Source: an uncultured bacterium (lineage in GTDB: Bacteria; Verrucomicrobiota; Lentisphaeria; Victivallales; UBA1829). From it: a stretch of 64,000 bases of DNA. Below the pieces are notes generated by a model. The model was not told the DNA's origin and searched no databases. It worked only from the letters and a program-made list of their open reading frames with translations. The stretch spans positions 42,394 through 106,393 of the forward strand of contig CADCMR010000003.1 of the NCBI GenBank assembly GCA_902802585.1, given 5' to 3'. Positions 51,909 through 59,721 of this stretch are shown one piece after another; the stretch's first letter is position 1, and each line of letters begins with the position of its first letter. Made by a program: the position numbers and the translations under genes.

Positions 51909-52510
51909 AATTCAGCTGGAACAAACCGATCAAGGAACGTCAGCTCCGCCCGTGGGAAGTGTTCCTTGTCCTCCTGATCGGCATCCCGATCGCGCTGATC
52001 ATCTCCGGAGCGCCGCAGAAGTTCCTCTTCGAGACGCCTGACGCAAAAGACGGAGTCAGGGCCGCAGAGTGCATGTACAACCTGAACCAGCTGGGAAAAC
52101 GACTGTACGATGCCACACACGAAGAGGGATTCGACCCCGATGCGGGCTGGACGGTCCCCGATCTGATCCGGGAGAGCGTACACGGCGGAAAACTGGATGA
52201 AAAGATTCTTCACTGCCCGGCAACCGGCGCGCCCTATTCCGTCTTTTCGATCCCCGCGGCAGTCTGCGCGCAACACGGCGAGCTTGTCCCGGCAAACCCG
52301 GTCCCGGTCGCCATGTGCCGTCCCGACGCGCACCGGAGAAGAAAAGGGATTTTCTACTTCCCAAAAGAATATGGCGCAATGGTCCTGTATTCCGACGGGC
52401 AGGTCAAGCGCGTGAGTCAGGAAGAGGCGGAGAAACTTCTTTCCAGGCTGTCGCAGCAAATCGTTACTGCGGAATCCGCACTCGAAACAAAGGAGAAAAC
52501 GGATGAATAA
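51905..52510 (+). CDS. Pilin-like membrane protein, array paralogue 5
   Basis: TM, AAECMYNLNQLG, WTVPDLIRE, CPATGAPY, PVPVAMCRPDAH, VLYSDG. Confidence 0.8.
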   Translation: MKFSWNKPIKERQLRPWEVFLVLLIGIPIALIISGAPQKFLFETPDAKDGVRAAECMYNLNQLGKRLYDATHEEGFDPDAGWTVPDLIRESVHGGKLDEKILHCPATGAPYSVFSIPAAVCAQHGELVPANPVPVAMCRPDAHRRRKGIFYFPKEYGAMVLYSDGQVKRVSQEEAEKLLSRLSQQIVTAESALETKEKTDE

Positions 52511-53141
52511 ATATGCACGCGTCTGTGTGGCGGTCATCGCGCTGGCGGGACTCGTCTGGTTCATCGGGCACGCCGCGTATGAACACCGCGCCATGGTGAC
52601 GTACATGTACACCTGTGATTGCATGTGCCAGCTCGACATGATCGACGAGGCAATGTTCTATCTCGTCACCGGCGACTGCATCGAGGATTCCTACCGGTCC
52701 CGGTTCGAAAAGAACGATCAGGACCCGCCTTTCAAAATCCGCCCGGAGCATACGGTCTCCGATCTGATCCGGGAGGTGCTGCGACGCGGTCTGCTGGAGG
52801 AAAAAGACGTCTGTGACAGGTACGGAGGCCGCCAGCCGTATCTGGTGTTCCCGGGACCCGCGTCCTGGCTGTGGCATGATTATCTCGTGAAAAAGGGGCT
52901 GCGCGAACCGTCGGAAGAGGTCGTGCCGGAAAAAGTCCCGGTCCTCATGGATCGTCCGGGCGCCCACATGGAAAGTGCGAAACTGATGATGATCTACCGG
53001 ATTTTCACGTTGAAAAAAGGACTGTCGTCCGCTCTCTCGTCGCGGGTGCTGTATTCGGACGGAAGCATCGGAGTCGTCAGCCGCGAGGAAGCGGAAAGAC
53101 TCGTTCAGGAACACGCTCCGAAACCGATAGAGTTTCCATAA
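52503..53141 (+). CDS. Pilin-like membrane protein, array paralogue 6
   Basis: TM, CMCQL, TVSDLIRE, PYLVFP, VPVLMDRPGAH, VLYSDG, EEAERLV. Confidence 0.8.
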   Translation: MNKYARVCVAVIALAGLVWFIGHAAYEHRAMVTYMYTCDCMCQLDMIDEAMFYLVTGDCIEDSYRSRFEKNDQDPPFKIRPEHTVSDLIREVLRRGLLEEKDVCDRYGGRQPYLVFPGPASWLWHDYLVKKGLREPSEEVVPEKVPVLMDRPGAHMESAKLMMIYRIFTLKKGLSSALSSRVLYSDGSIGVVSREEAERLVQEHAPKPIEFP

Positions 53142-53172
53142 CATTTCCAAGCCGGACCGGACGACAGACGAT

Positions 53173-53284
53173 CCGTTATCCGTCAAAAATGACGGCATGT
53201 CCGTCATTTATAAGCACTGCAACAGCACATTGTTGACAGAATGACGGACAAAACTGACGGAATGACCGTCATTTGTTTCCGTCA
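53173..53284. repeat. Cluster of TGACGG/CCGTCA hexamers in both orientations
   Basis: Exact copies start at 53180, 53190, 53201, 53242, 53255, 53266 and 53279, around a central CAACA-N6-TGTTG palindrome. Confidence 0.8.
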
Positions 53285-53448
53285 CCGCTTCCAATCTATA
53301 ATCTGCGACTTATTACAAAACAATATGACCAGCCATTAAAACGCCTAATAAAGATTATATCGCAAACAACAATTCACCCGGCTTGGACAAGAGAACAGAT
53401 AGAGTCCTCCCGCCACATTTCATACAGTTACAAGCAAATCAGAAAAGC

Positions 53449-54594
53449 TTACGACAGACGGTTTTTGAAGTCTTCGTAGCCGAACGATTTGATTAATTTG
53501 AATTCGCCGGTGTCCGGGTCGAACGTCGCGATGGAGGGCAGGGCGAGACCGTTGAACGTGTTCGTCTTCACCATCGTGTACAACGCCATGTCCAGAAATT
53601 CCACGCGGTCGCCGACCTTCAGCGGCGCGGGGAACGAATAATCCCCGATCACGTCGCCCGCGAGGCAGGAATGCCCCGCCAGACGGTATTCGAACGGATG
53701 CACGCCCGGTTCGTCCGCCCCCGCCACTGGCGGCGTGTACGGCATTTCGATCACGTCCGGGGTATGCGCCTCCGCCGAGACGTCCAGCACCGCGATTTCA
53801 CCGTCGTTTTCCACGATGTCCAGCACGGTCCCGAAGAGCGAACCGGCGTTCAGCACGACCGCCTCGCCCGGTTCCAGGTACACGGTCAGGTGCGGATACC
53901 GCGCGCGGAACTGCGTGAGGATGCGCACGAGGCGTTCGATGTCGTATCCCGGACGCGTGATGTGGTGTCCGCCGCCGAAGTTCACCCATTGCATGTCGCC
54001 CAGCAGGTCGCTGAAATGCGCCTCGAACGCCGCCATGGTGCGTTCCAGCGCGTCCGAATCCTGTTCGCACAGAGTGTGGAAATGCAGCCCGCTGATGCCC
54101 TCCAGCGATTCCCCCGCGAACTTCGCACGCTTGATCCCGAGGCGCGATTTCGGCGCGCACGGCGAATAGATTTCGCGCACCGCCTCGCCGTGTTCCGGAT
54201 TCACGCGCAGTCCAAACCGCACGCGGTCCGCCGACTCCGCCGTGATGGCGCGGAACCGCCGCCACTGGCTGAACGAGTTGAACACGATCGTAGTGCAGTA
54301 CCGGAGCATTTCGCGCAGGTCGGATTCCGAGTACGCCGCCGCGAATCCGTGCGTCTCCTTCCCGAACTCCTCGCGCCCCAGGCGCGCCTCGTGCGGCGAG
54401 CTCGCGCACGTGCCGTCCAGCACCGCGCTGATCACCGGGTACACGGCGAACATGGAAAACGCCTTTTGCGCGAGCAGGATCTTCACCCCCGCGCGCCGCC
54501 GGACGTCGTTCAGGATTTCCAGGTTGCGGCGCAGGGCGGCGAGGTCGACGACGAAACACGGGGTCGGGGGGATCTTCGGGTCAAGATTTTTCAT
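53449..54594 (-). CDS. nspC: Carboxynorspermidine decarboxylase
   Basis: LLAQKAFS (PLP Lys), RVNPEH, GLHFHTLCEQ, NFGGGHHIT, EPGEA, SCLAGD, YTMVKTNTFNG. Confidence 0.95.
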   Translation of the reverse strand: MKNLDPKIPPTPCFVVDLAALRRNLEILNDVRRRAGVKILLAQKAFSMFAVYPVISAVLDGTCASSPHEARLGREEFGKETHGFAAAYSESDLREMLRYCTTIVFNSFSQWRRFRAITAESADRVRFGLRVNPEHGEAVREIYSPCAPKSRLGIKRAKFAGESLEGISGLHFHTLCEQDSDALERTMAAFEAHFSDLLGDMQWVNFGGGHHITRPGYDIERLVRILTQFRARYPHLTVYLEPGEAVVLNAGSLFGTVLDIVENDGEIAVLDVSAEAHTPDVIEMPYTPPVAGADEPGVHPFEYRLAGHSCLAGDVIGDYSFPAPLKVGDRVEFLDMALYTMVKTNTFNGLALPSIATFDPDTGEFKLIKSFGYEDFKNRLS

Positions 54595-54675
54595 GGTGTT
54601 TTCGGGCTCATTTGATTGAATGTGCCGGAGCGTCAGCCCGGCAATATCTCAGTGGAGGACTTGTTCTCCCAGAAC

Positions 54676-54773
54676 AAGATACACCCTCTCCGCCGGAAAA
54701 GCAAGCGGAAAGCGGCGTTTCGGGCATCTTTTTTTCCGTTTCCGCTTGCTTTTTTCCGGATTCGGCGGTAAAG
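54676..54773. promoter_or_regulatory. Back-to-back divergent sigma70 promoters (nspC and tRNA-Pro)
   Basis: Minus: TTGCTT(54704-54699)-17-TATCTT. Plus: TTGCTT(54745-54750)-17-TAAAGT. Confidence 0.65.
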
Positions 54774-54798
54774 TATTATTTCCTCATTTTCAGAATGC

Positions 54799-54875
54799 CG
54801 GGGTATAGCTCAGTCTGGTAGAGCGCGTGCTTTGGGAGCATGAGGTCGCAGGTTCGAGTCCTGTTGCCCCGACCA
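54799..54875 (+). tRNA. tRNA-Pro(TGG)
   Basis: CGGGGTA/TGCCCCG acceptor stem, AGCTCAGTCTGGTAGAGC D-arm, anticodon loop TTTGGGA, GGTTCGAGTCC T-arm, encoded CCA. Confidence 0.97.
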
Positions 54876-54914
54876 TTTTTTCGCCCTCATGCCCGTTTTT
54901 GAGGTATTCTGTCC

Positions 54915-55466
54915 TCACCCCCGAATTTCGCGAATGCGTGCGATCAGACGCACAGCGTATTCCTTCGCCTTTTCCTTCTGCCGGGCGATCCCTTCCGCGT
55001 CGGCGGCGTAGCTCATGCCGTTCACCCACATCGCGCCCATGTACTCCATGCCGCACACACGGGCAATGGATTCGAACGCCGCGACAAAATCATGAATGTC
55101 GCCGATGGAGCCCGCGTCGCCGGTGTACGCCGCCTCGGGCGCGCCGGTCGTGACCGACACGAACAGCTTTTTCCCGGCGAGTTTCGCGCCTGTCCCGTGC
55201 GCGAAGCCGTGCACGAACACCTCGTCCAGCCATTTCTTCATGAACCACGGCATGGCGTACCAGTGGAACGGAAACTGCCAGACGATCAGGTCGGCCTCGG
55301 CGAGCGCGGACTGTTCCGCGACAACGTCGAACGCTCCGTCCGGCGCGACTTCGCACAGTTTGCGGACCGTGACATCGGGCAGGGCGGCGGCGATCTCTTC
55401 CAGGATCGTGGCGTTTGCGACGGATTGCGAAAGGTCCGGATGACCGGCGACAAGCAGAGTTTTCAT
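54915..55466 (-). CDS. Flavodoxin-like fold NAD(P)H dehydrogenase (KefF/MdaB family)
   Basis: HPDLSQS.AN, FDVVAEQSALAEADLIVWQFPFHWY..P..MKKWLDEV, GKK..VSVTTGAP. Confidence 0.9.
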   Translation of the reverse strand: MKTLLVAGHPDLSQSVANATILEEIAAALPDVTVRKLCEVAPDGAFDVVAEQSALAEADLIVWQFPFHWYAMPWFMKKWLDEVFVHGFAHGTGAKLAGKKLFVSVTTGAPEAAYTGDAGSIGDIHDFVAAFESIARVCGMEYMGAMWVNGMSYAADAEGIARQKEKAKEYAVRLIARIREIRG

Positions 55467-55683
55467 GGCTTCGGCTCCTTTTTGGTTTCGTTTTGCACGT
55501 GGAACGCGGACAGATTCGAATGCGTCCCGTCCGTTACTGTATCACCGTTTGACGGATTGTCAAGCCGCGGAATGCATTTTCTCCCTAGCTTCGACCCATT
55601 TCCCCTGTCCCGCGTCCCCTGCCCCGCGCCGTCGTCATCCACCGTTTTTCGCAACTTTATTTAAGAAAAATCCGTCTTCCCGC

Positions 55684-55712
55684 TTGATTTCGCGCGCATC
55701 CTATGGTATAGT
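55684..55712 (+). promoter_or_regulatory. Sigma70-type promoter for the GH43 gene
   Basis: TTGATT-17 bp-TATAGT with an extended TG. Confidence 0.65.
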
Positions 55713-55832
55713 ACAGCACTGGACGCGGAAAACGTCCGCCGGGATGCCCGCGCGGTATGCTTGCACGCCCATTCCCGCAGACTCAGAACCATCTGCCATT
55801 TCCCTCAACAACTCACATAGGAAAGAACAACC

Positions 55833-57179
55833 ATGAGTTTCACGAAAACTGTCCTCGCGGCGGCCCTTACGCTGTCCGCCGGTGCTCTGGCGTACGCCCA
55901 GAACCCCATCATCAACAGCGCCTATTGCGCCGACCCCTCCGCCCACGTCTTCAACGGTCGCGTGTATGTCTACCCCTCGCACGACATCCCCGCGCCGTAT
56001 GACTTCAGCCGCAAGGACTGGTTCTGCATGGCGGACTACCACGTGTATTCCTCCGACAACCTCGTCGACTGGGTCGACCACGGCGTGATCGTGGACCAGA
56101 ACTACGTCCCGTGGGTGAACCGCCACTCCTACAGCATGTGGGCGCCGGACTGCAACGTGAAGGATGGCAAGTACTACTTCTACTTCCCCGCCGACAACCG
56201 CATCGGCCTCGCCACCGCCGACACCCCCTACGGTCCGTTCCGCTGCGAAGAACAGCCCATCCAGGGCGCAGGCGGCATCGACCCCTGCATCTTCATCGAC
56301 GACGACGGCGCGTGCTACCTCATCTGGTCCGGACAGGGTATGCGCATCGCGAAGCTGAAAGACAACATGAAGGAATTCGACGGCGAAGCGAAGACCATCC
56401 AGCACGACACCCCGAACCGCGGCCTTAAGGAAGGTCCGTTCATGTTCAAGCGCAACGGCATCTACTACTTCACCTTCCCCTGGGTCGACGAAAACCACGA
56501 ATGCCTCTGCTACTGCACCGGCGACAACCCGTTCGGTCCGTTCAAGTACAAAGGCAAGATCATGGAGCAGAATCCACAGTGCTGGACCAACCACCACTCC
56601 GTGGTCGAGTTCAAGGGCAAATGGTACCTCTTCTACCATCACAACGACTACTCCCCGAACTTCGACAAGAACCGCTCCGTCTGCATCGACGAGATCACGT
56701 TCAACGAAGATGGCTCCATCAACCTCGTGACCCCCACCAAGCGCGGCGTCGGCGTCACCAAGGCCACCAGCAAGATCGAGCTTGACCGCTACTCCAAGAT
56801 TGCCGACCAGAACCACGCCTGGATCGAATTCCTCCGCACCGAATCCCCGTTCGAAGGCTGGAAGACCGTCTTCCGCAACAACGACAGCTCCCGCAATCCG
56901 ATCTGGGTCGAATACGACCGCGTCGATTTCGGCTCCAAGGAGCTTGATTCCGTGCTCATCCGCGTCCAGTCCAACGTCGGCGGCAGAGTCGAAATCCACG
57001 CCGATTCCCTCGAAGGTCCGGTCATCGCCACCGTCGACATTCCCGGCAAGGGCGGCGGCGAATGGCAGGAGATCAAGTCCCCCGTCACCTCGCAGCTGAC
57101 CGGCACGCACGACCTCGTCGTGAACATGCGCAGCGGCCTCCTGATGTACATCGACTGGATCAAGTTCATCGAGAAGTGA
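55833..57179 (+). CDS. Secreted GH43 xylosidase/arabinosidase with a C-terminal CBM6-like domain
   Basis: Signal peptide, ADPSAHVF (base Asp), WAPD, IDPCIFIDDDG, KEGP (acid Glu), WTNHHS; C-terminal WVEYDRVDFG beta-sandwich. Confidence 0.9.
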   Translation: MSFTKTVLAAALTLSAGALAYAQNPIINSAYCADPSAHVFNGRVYVYPSHDIPAPYDFSRKDWFCMADYHVYSSDNLVDWVDHGVIVDQNYVPWVNRHSYSMWAPDCNVKDGKYYFYFPADNRIGLATADTPYGPFRCEEQPIQGAGGIDPCIFIDDDGACYLIWSGQGMRIAKLKDNMKEFDGEAKTIQHDTPNRGLKEGPFMFKRNGIYYFTFPWVDENHECLCYCTGDNPFGPFKYKGKIMEQNPQCWTNHHSVVEFKGKWYLFYHHNDYSPNFDKNRSVCIDEITFNEDGSINLVTPTKRGVGVTKATSKIELDRYSKIADQNHAWIEFLRTESPFEGWKTVFRNNDSSRNPIWVEYDRVDFGSKELDSVLIRVQSNVGGRVEIHADSLEGPVIATVDIPGKGGGEWQEIKSPVTSQLTGTHDLVVNMRSGLLMYIDWIKFIEK

Positions 57180-57215
57180 TCCGAACTTCATTCCAGCTCG
57201 TCTGAGCAATATAAT

Positions 57216-57254
57216 ACTCCGGGTTGGGGTTAAAACCTAGTCCGGAGTTTTTTT
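57216..57254 (+). terminator. Intrinsic terminator after GH43
   Basis: ACTCCGG...CCGGAGT followed by a T-tract. Confidence 0.7.
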
Positions 57255-57259
57255 GTATC

Positions 57260-57309
57260 CCGTGCCGTCGCGAAGCACGGCACAACCGCGGTGGAGGCTT
57301 CGCCTCCTC
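57260..57309. repeat. Single REP-like double-hairpin unit related to 35121-35210
   Basis: CGTGCCGT-CGCGAAGC-ACGGCACAACCGCGGTGGAGGCTTCGCCTCC. Confidence 0.75.
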
Positions 57310-58107
57310 AGAAATAGTATGTCGGGAGCAGATGGTTGACCCGGAGGATTCCCAGGATCAGAAGGTGCAACGGGTAGTAGATGTAGAAAAACCACTTCAT
57401 GAACGCGTTGAACGTCGGGTTCGGGCCGCGTTTGCCGTTGTAGAGCAGCAGGATCGGGATCGCCAGCACCACGGAGAGCTGCAGGAATGCGTACGTCACA
57501 TTGACAGGCGGGAACAGGAATCCGAAGACGCCCACGTAGATGATCAGCCACAGCGTCTGCTTCACCCAGTGCCCGCGGTTCGTCCCGAAGCTCAGCACCA
57601 GCACCGACGCCGTGCAGCTCCAGTCCCCGGGGAAACTCACCACGCAGATCAGGCAGATCAGGAGCGTTTTCAGCCACGGCTGTGCCAGCAGAAGGCGTTC
57701 AGAAACGACATGTCGCGGAACCGGATCGCTTCCCATATCCCGCTGTAGTAGAGCGGCACGAACGGCCGCCAGTCGCTGAACCCGTTCCACTCCGAGACGT
57801 ATGCGAAGTGCGAGATCAGCGCGAAGAGGAACATGCGCGCCGTGTATTTGTTGACGTTCCGCGTGTGAAAGAATCCCTCCGCGATGAAGAAGCACATCGT
57901 CGGCATCGTGATGCGCCCGATGATGTGCATCAGCTCCGGTTTCCAGTTCAGTGCATACCCGGGGTAGATCGCCCACGCGATATGGTCGATCGTCATCGCG
58001 ATGATCGCGATCAGCTTGATCGCATTCGCATCCAGTATCTTGAAGCGTTTCATGCCCGATTCGCCGATTGCCGTGTCAAGTCCCGTTTCCATCGTTTCCT
58101 CCGCCAT
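57308..58107 (-). pseudogene. traX: TraX-family membrane protein, frameshifted
   Basis: N-half (IKLIAIIAMTIDH, IGRIT.P..FFIAEGFFHTRN) and C-half (SFPGDWSC, YNGKRG, KWFFYIYYPLHL) are in different frames; junction at about 57670-57745. Confidence 0.75.
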
Positions 58108-58246
58108 TTACACCGTCAAATACTATATTTTGAGCTTATCTCCGCAAAATAACCTTGGAATTGTCTATGGAATACCATTATCCTTTACCCTCATATAGAG
58201 GTATTCTCTCTATTCTCCGCCAACGGCTGCCGGCCATGCCCTCGTT

Positions 58247-58894
58247 CTATTCTGGAATAATCGTAAGTTTCATTTTTAAAGCTTTGGCAATCGTTTGTAT
58301 ATATTTTTGTTTTGATTTTGTGGAGCTGTGCGTAATAACCACTAACCCATCAGAGATTGCAATATTGGAAGATGGATACTTGGTGCTTCCCTGTTTGGAA
58401 ACCAATTGTTCTCCACAGCAGATCAACGATAATCCTGCAACTTTTTTTGCCCCGATTTTGTCAATGACCTCTGCAAACGTATTGCATGCCTTAGTGGAAT
58501 GAATTACAGTACCATCCTCAAATTTGACCGAAAAATTAGTTTTGGGAGCTAACGGATGATTCACTCTTCTGGTAAAACCTTTTGCTACCTTTCTAGTCTT
58601 TATTCCAAATAGCTTTCCTTCACCGGTAACAATATTCTGAACAGCAGGAGAAGCAGCCTCTCGATCTTTCAAGAGATCATCCCAAGTTTCTTCAAGTTTT
58701 TGGACTTTTTTTGTAAATGAGTCAAGTTTATTGGCAAAATCAAGAACAGATCTGGCTGTTTCTGCATCCTGCGCGTTCATAGCATCTGAACCAGCCTTAA
58801 AAATACGAGTTTTTTCCTCTTTCAGAATCGTTTTCAATAACCCTAATGCTTCTGAGACATCTTGGTTGTTTACTGCTTCCTGATTCTTTTGCAT
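58247..58894 (-). CDS. AT-rich orphan: coiled-coil N-terminus plus putative DNA-reader domain
   Basis: Visibly AT-rich codons; VKFEDGTVI...TFAEVIDKIG...VITHSSTKSK pattern. Confidence 0.6.
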   Translation of the reverse strand: MQKNQEAVNNQDVSEALGLLKTILKEEKTRIFKAGSDAMNAQDAETARSVLDFANKLDSFTKKVQKLEETWDDLLKDREAASPAVQNIVTGEGKLFGIKTRKVAKGFTRRVNHPLAPKTNFSVKFEDGTVIHSTKACNTFAEVIDKIGAKKVAGLSLICCGEQLVSKQGSTKYPSSNIAISDGLVVITHSSTKSKQKYIQTIAKALKMKLTIIPE

Positions 58895-58940
58895 AGGATG
58901 GTTCTCCTGTTACAATCTTACGATGCATATTAAAGGGGAG

Positions 58941-58966
58941 ATGGCACTGTCCGGAAACAGTGCCAT
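58941..58966. terminator. Perfect 10-bp hairpin downstream of ydbL
   Basis: ATGGCACTGT-CCGGAA-ACAGTGCCAT; the U-tract is weak. Confidence 0.5.
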
Positions 58967-58989
58967 ACTGAAAAACAATGTCCTAAGCC

Positions 58990-59421
58990 TTACTTCTTTT
59001 CCGCGGCGGGGGCGGGTTTCGGGGCTTTGACCCACTTGCCGTCTTCGCCCTGGATGTAGTCGCCTTCGTTCGCCTTGGAACGGATCTGCTTGGCGCGGAG
59101 TTCGCCGACCTTGTCGACGGTGGATCCCTCCTTCTTGGCGATGGCGGTGTAAACGGTCTTGCGGTCGGTGTTTTCGGCATCGACGATCTTCTTGTCGGCG
59201 TCTTCGATCTTGACGTCCTTGCCGTCGTTGTCCTTCATGACTTCGAGGTAGCCGGTCTTGTTTTCGCCGACGGTCCCCGCCTTCTTGAGGGTTTCGATCT
59301 TCGGCTTGCGTTCCGCCATGTTCTTCTTGATGGTGGCGGCGTCGTCAGCGGCGGAGAGCGCAGCGGGGACGGCGAAAGCGAGCGTGAGGGCGGCGATGGA
59401 GAGGGCAAACAGTTTTTTCAT
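58990..59421 (-). CDS. ydbL: YdbL/DUF1318 family exported protein
   Basis: LKKAGTVGENKTGYL, IVDAENTDRKTVYTAIA, GDYIQ..DGKW. Confidence 0.85.
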   Translation of the reverse strand: MKKLFALSIAALTLAFAVPAALSAADDAATIKKNMAERKPKIETLKKAGTVGENKTGYLEVMKDNDGKDVKIEDADKKIVDAENTDRKTVYTAIAKKEGSTVDKVGELRAKQIRSKANEGDYIQGEDGKWVKAPKPAPAAEKK

Positions 59422-59450
59422 GGTAAAGTCTCCTCAGAATGTGGTTCGGA

Positions 59451-59642
59451 TCAAAGTGCGTCGAGGTCGCCGAAGAAGTCGTCGAGGGCTTTTTCGATGC
59501 GGATGTTGATGTCAAGCGTGATGTGCACGGGCTTGATCTCAATCGGCTTGACGTCGACCGTGTTGTCGGTCCGGATGCACGCCGATGCGCCGATGCCGAC
59601 CAGGACGGTCGCGGCGGCGAGGATTGGCAGGAATGTTTTCAT
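59451..59642 (-). CDS. ynbE: YnbE family lipoprotein
   Basis: Lipobox ASAC; VKPIEIKPVHITLDINIRIEKALDDFF. Confidence 0.85.
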   Translation of the reverse strand: MKTFLPILAAATVLVGIGASACIRTDNTVDVKPIEIKPVHITLDINIRIEKALDDFFGDLDAL

Positions 59643-59721
59643 GTCGGATTCCTTTCTGTTGTGTTGAGGTTTGTTATGTGTGCTGTTTTGTGCTGACAGG
59701 TTAAGGGTTCGTGGGGTATCG

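Noticed and set aside
54697-54752. 15-bp perfect inverted repeat AAAAGCAAGCGGAAA/TTTCCGCTTGCTTTT as MITE ends
   Set aside because: Explained by two divergent promoters sharing the same TTGCTT -35 context; no target duplication.
54799-54875. tRNA-Pro as the att site of the phage cassette or paralogue array
   Set aside because: No second copy of the tRNA 3' end found in the window and no integrase.
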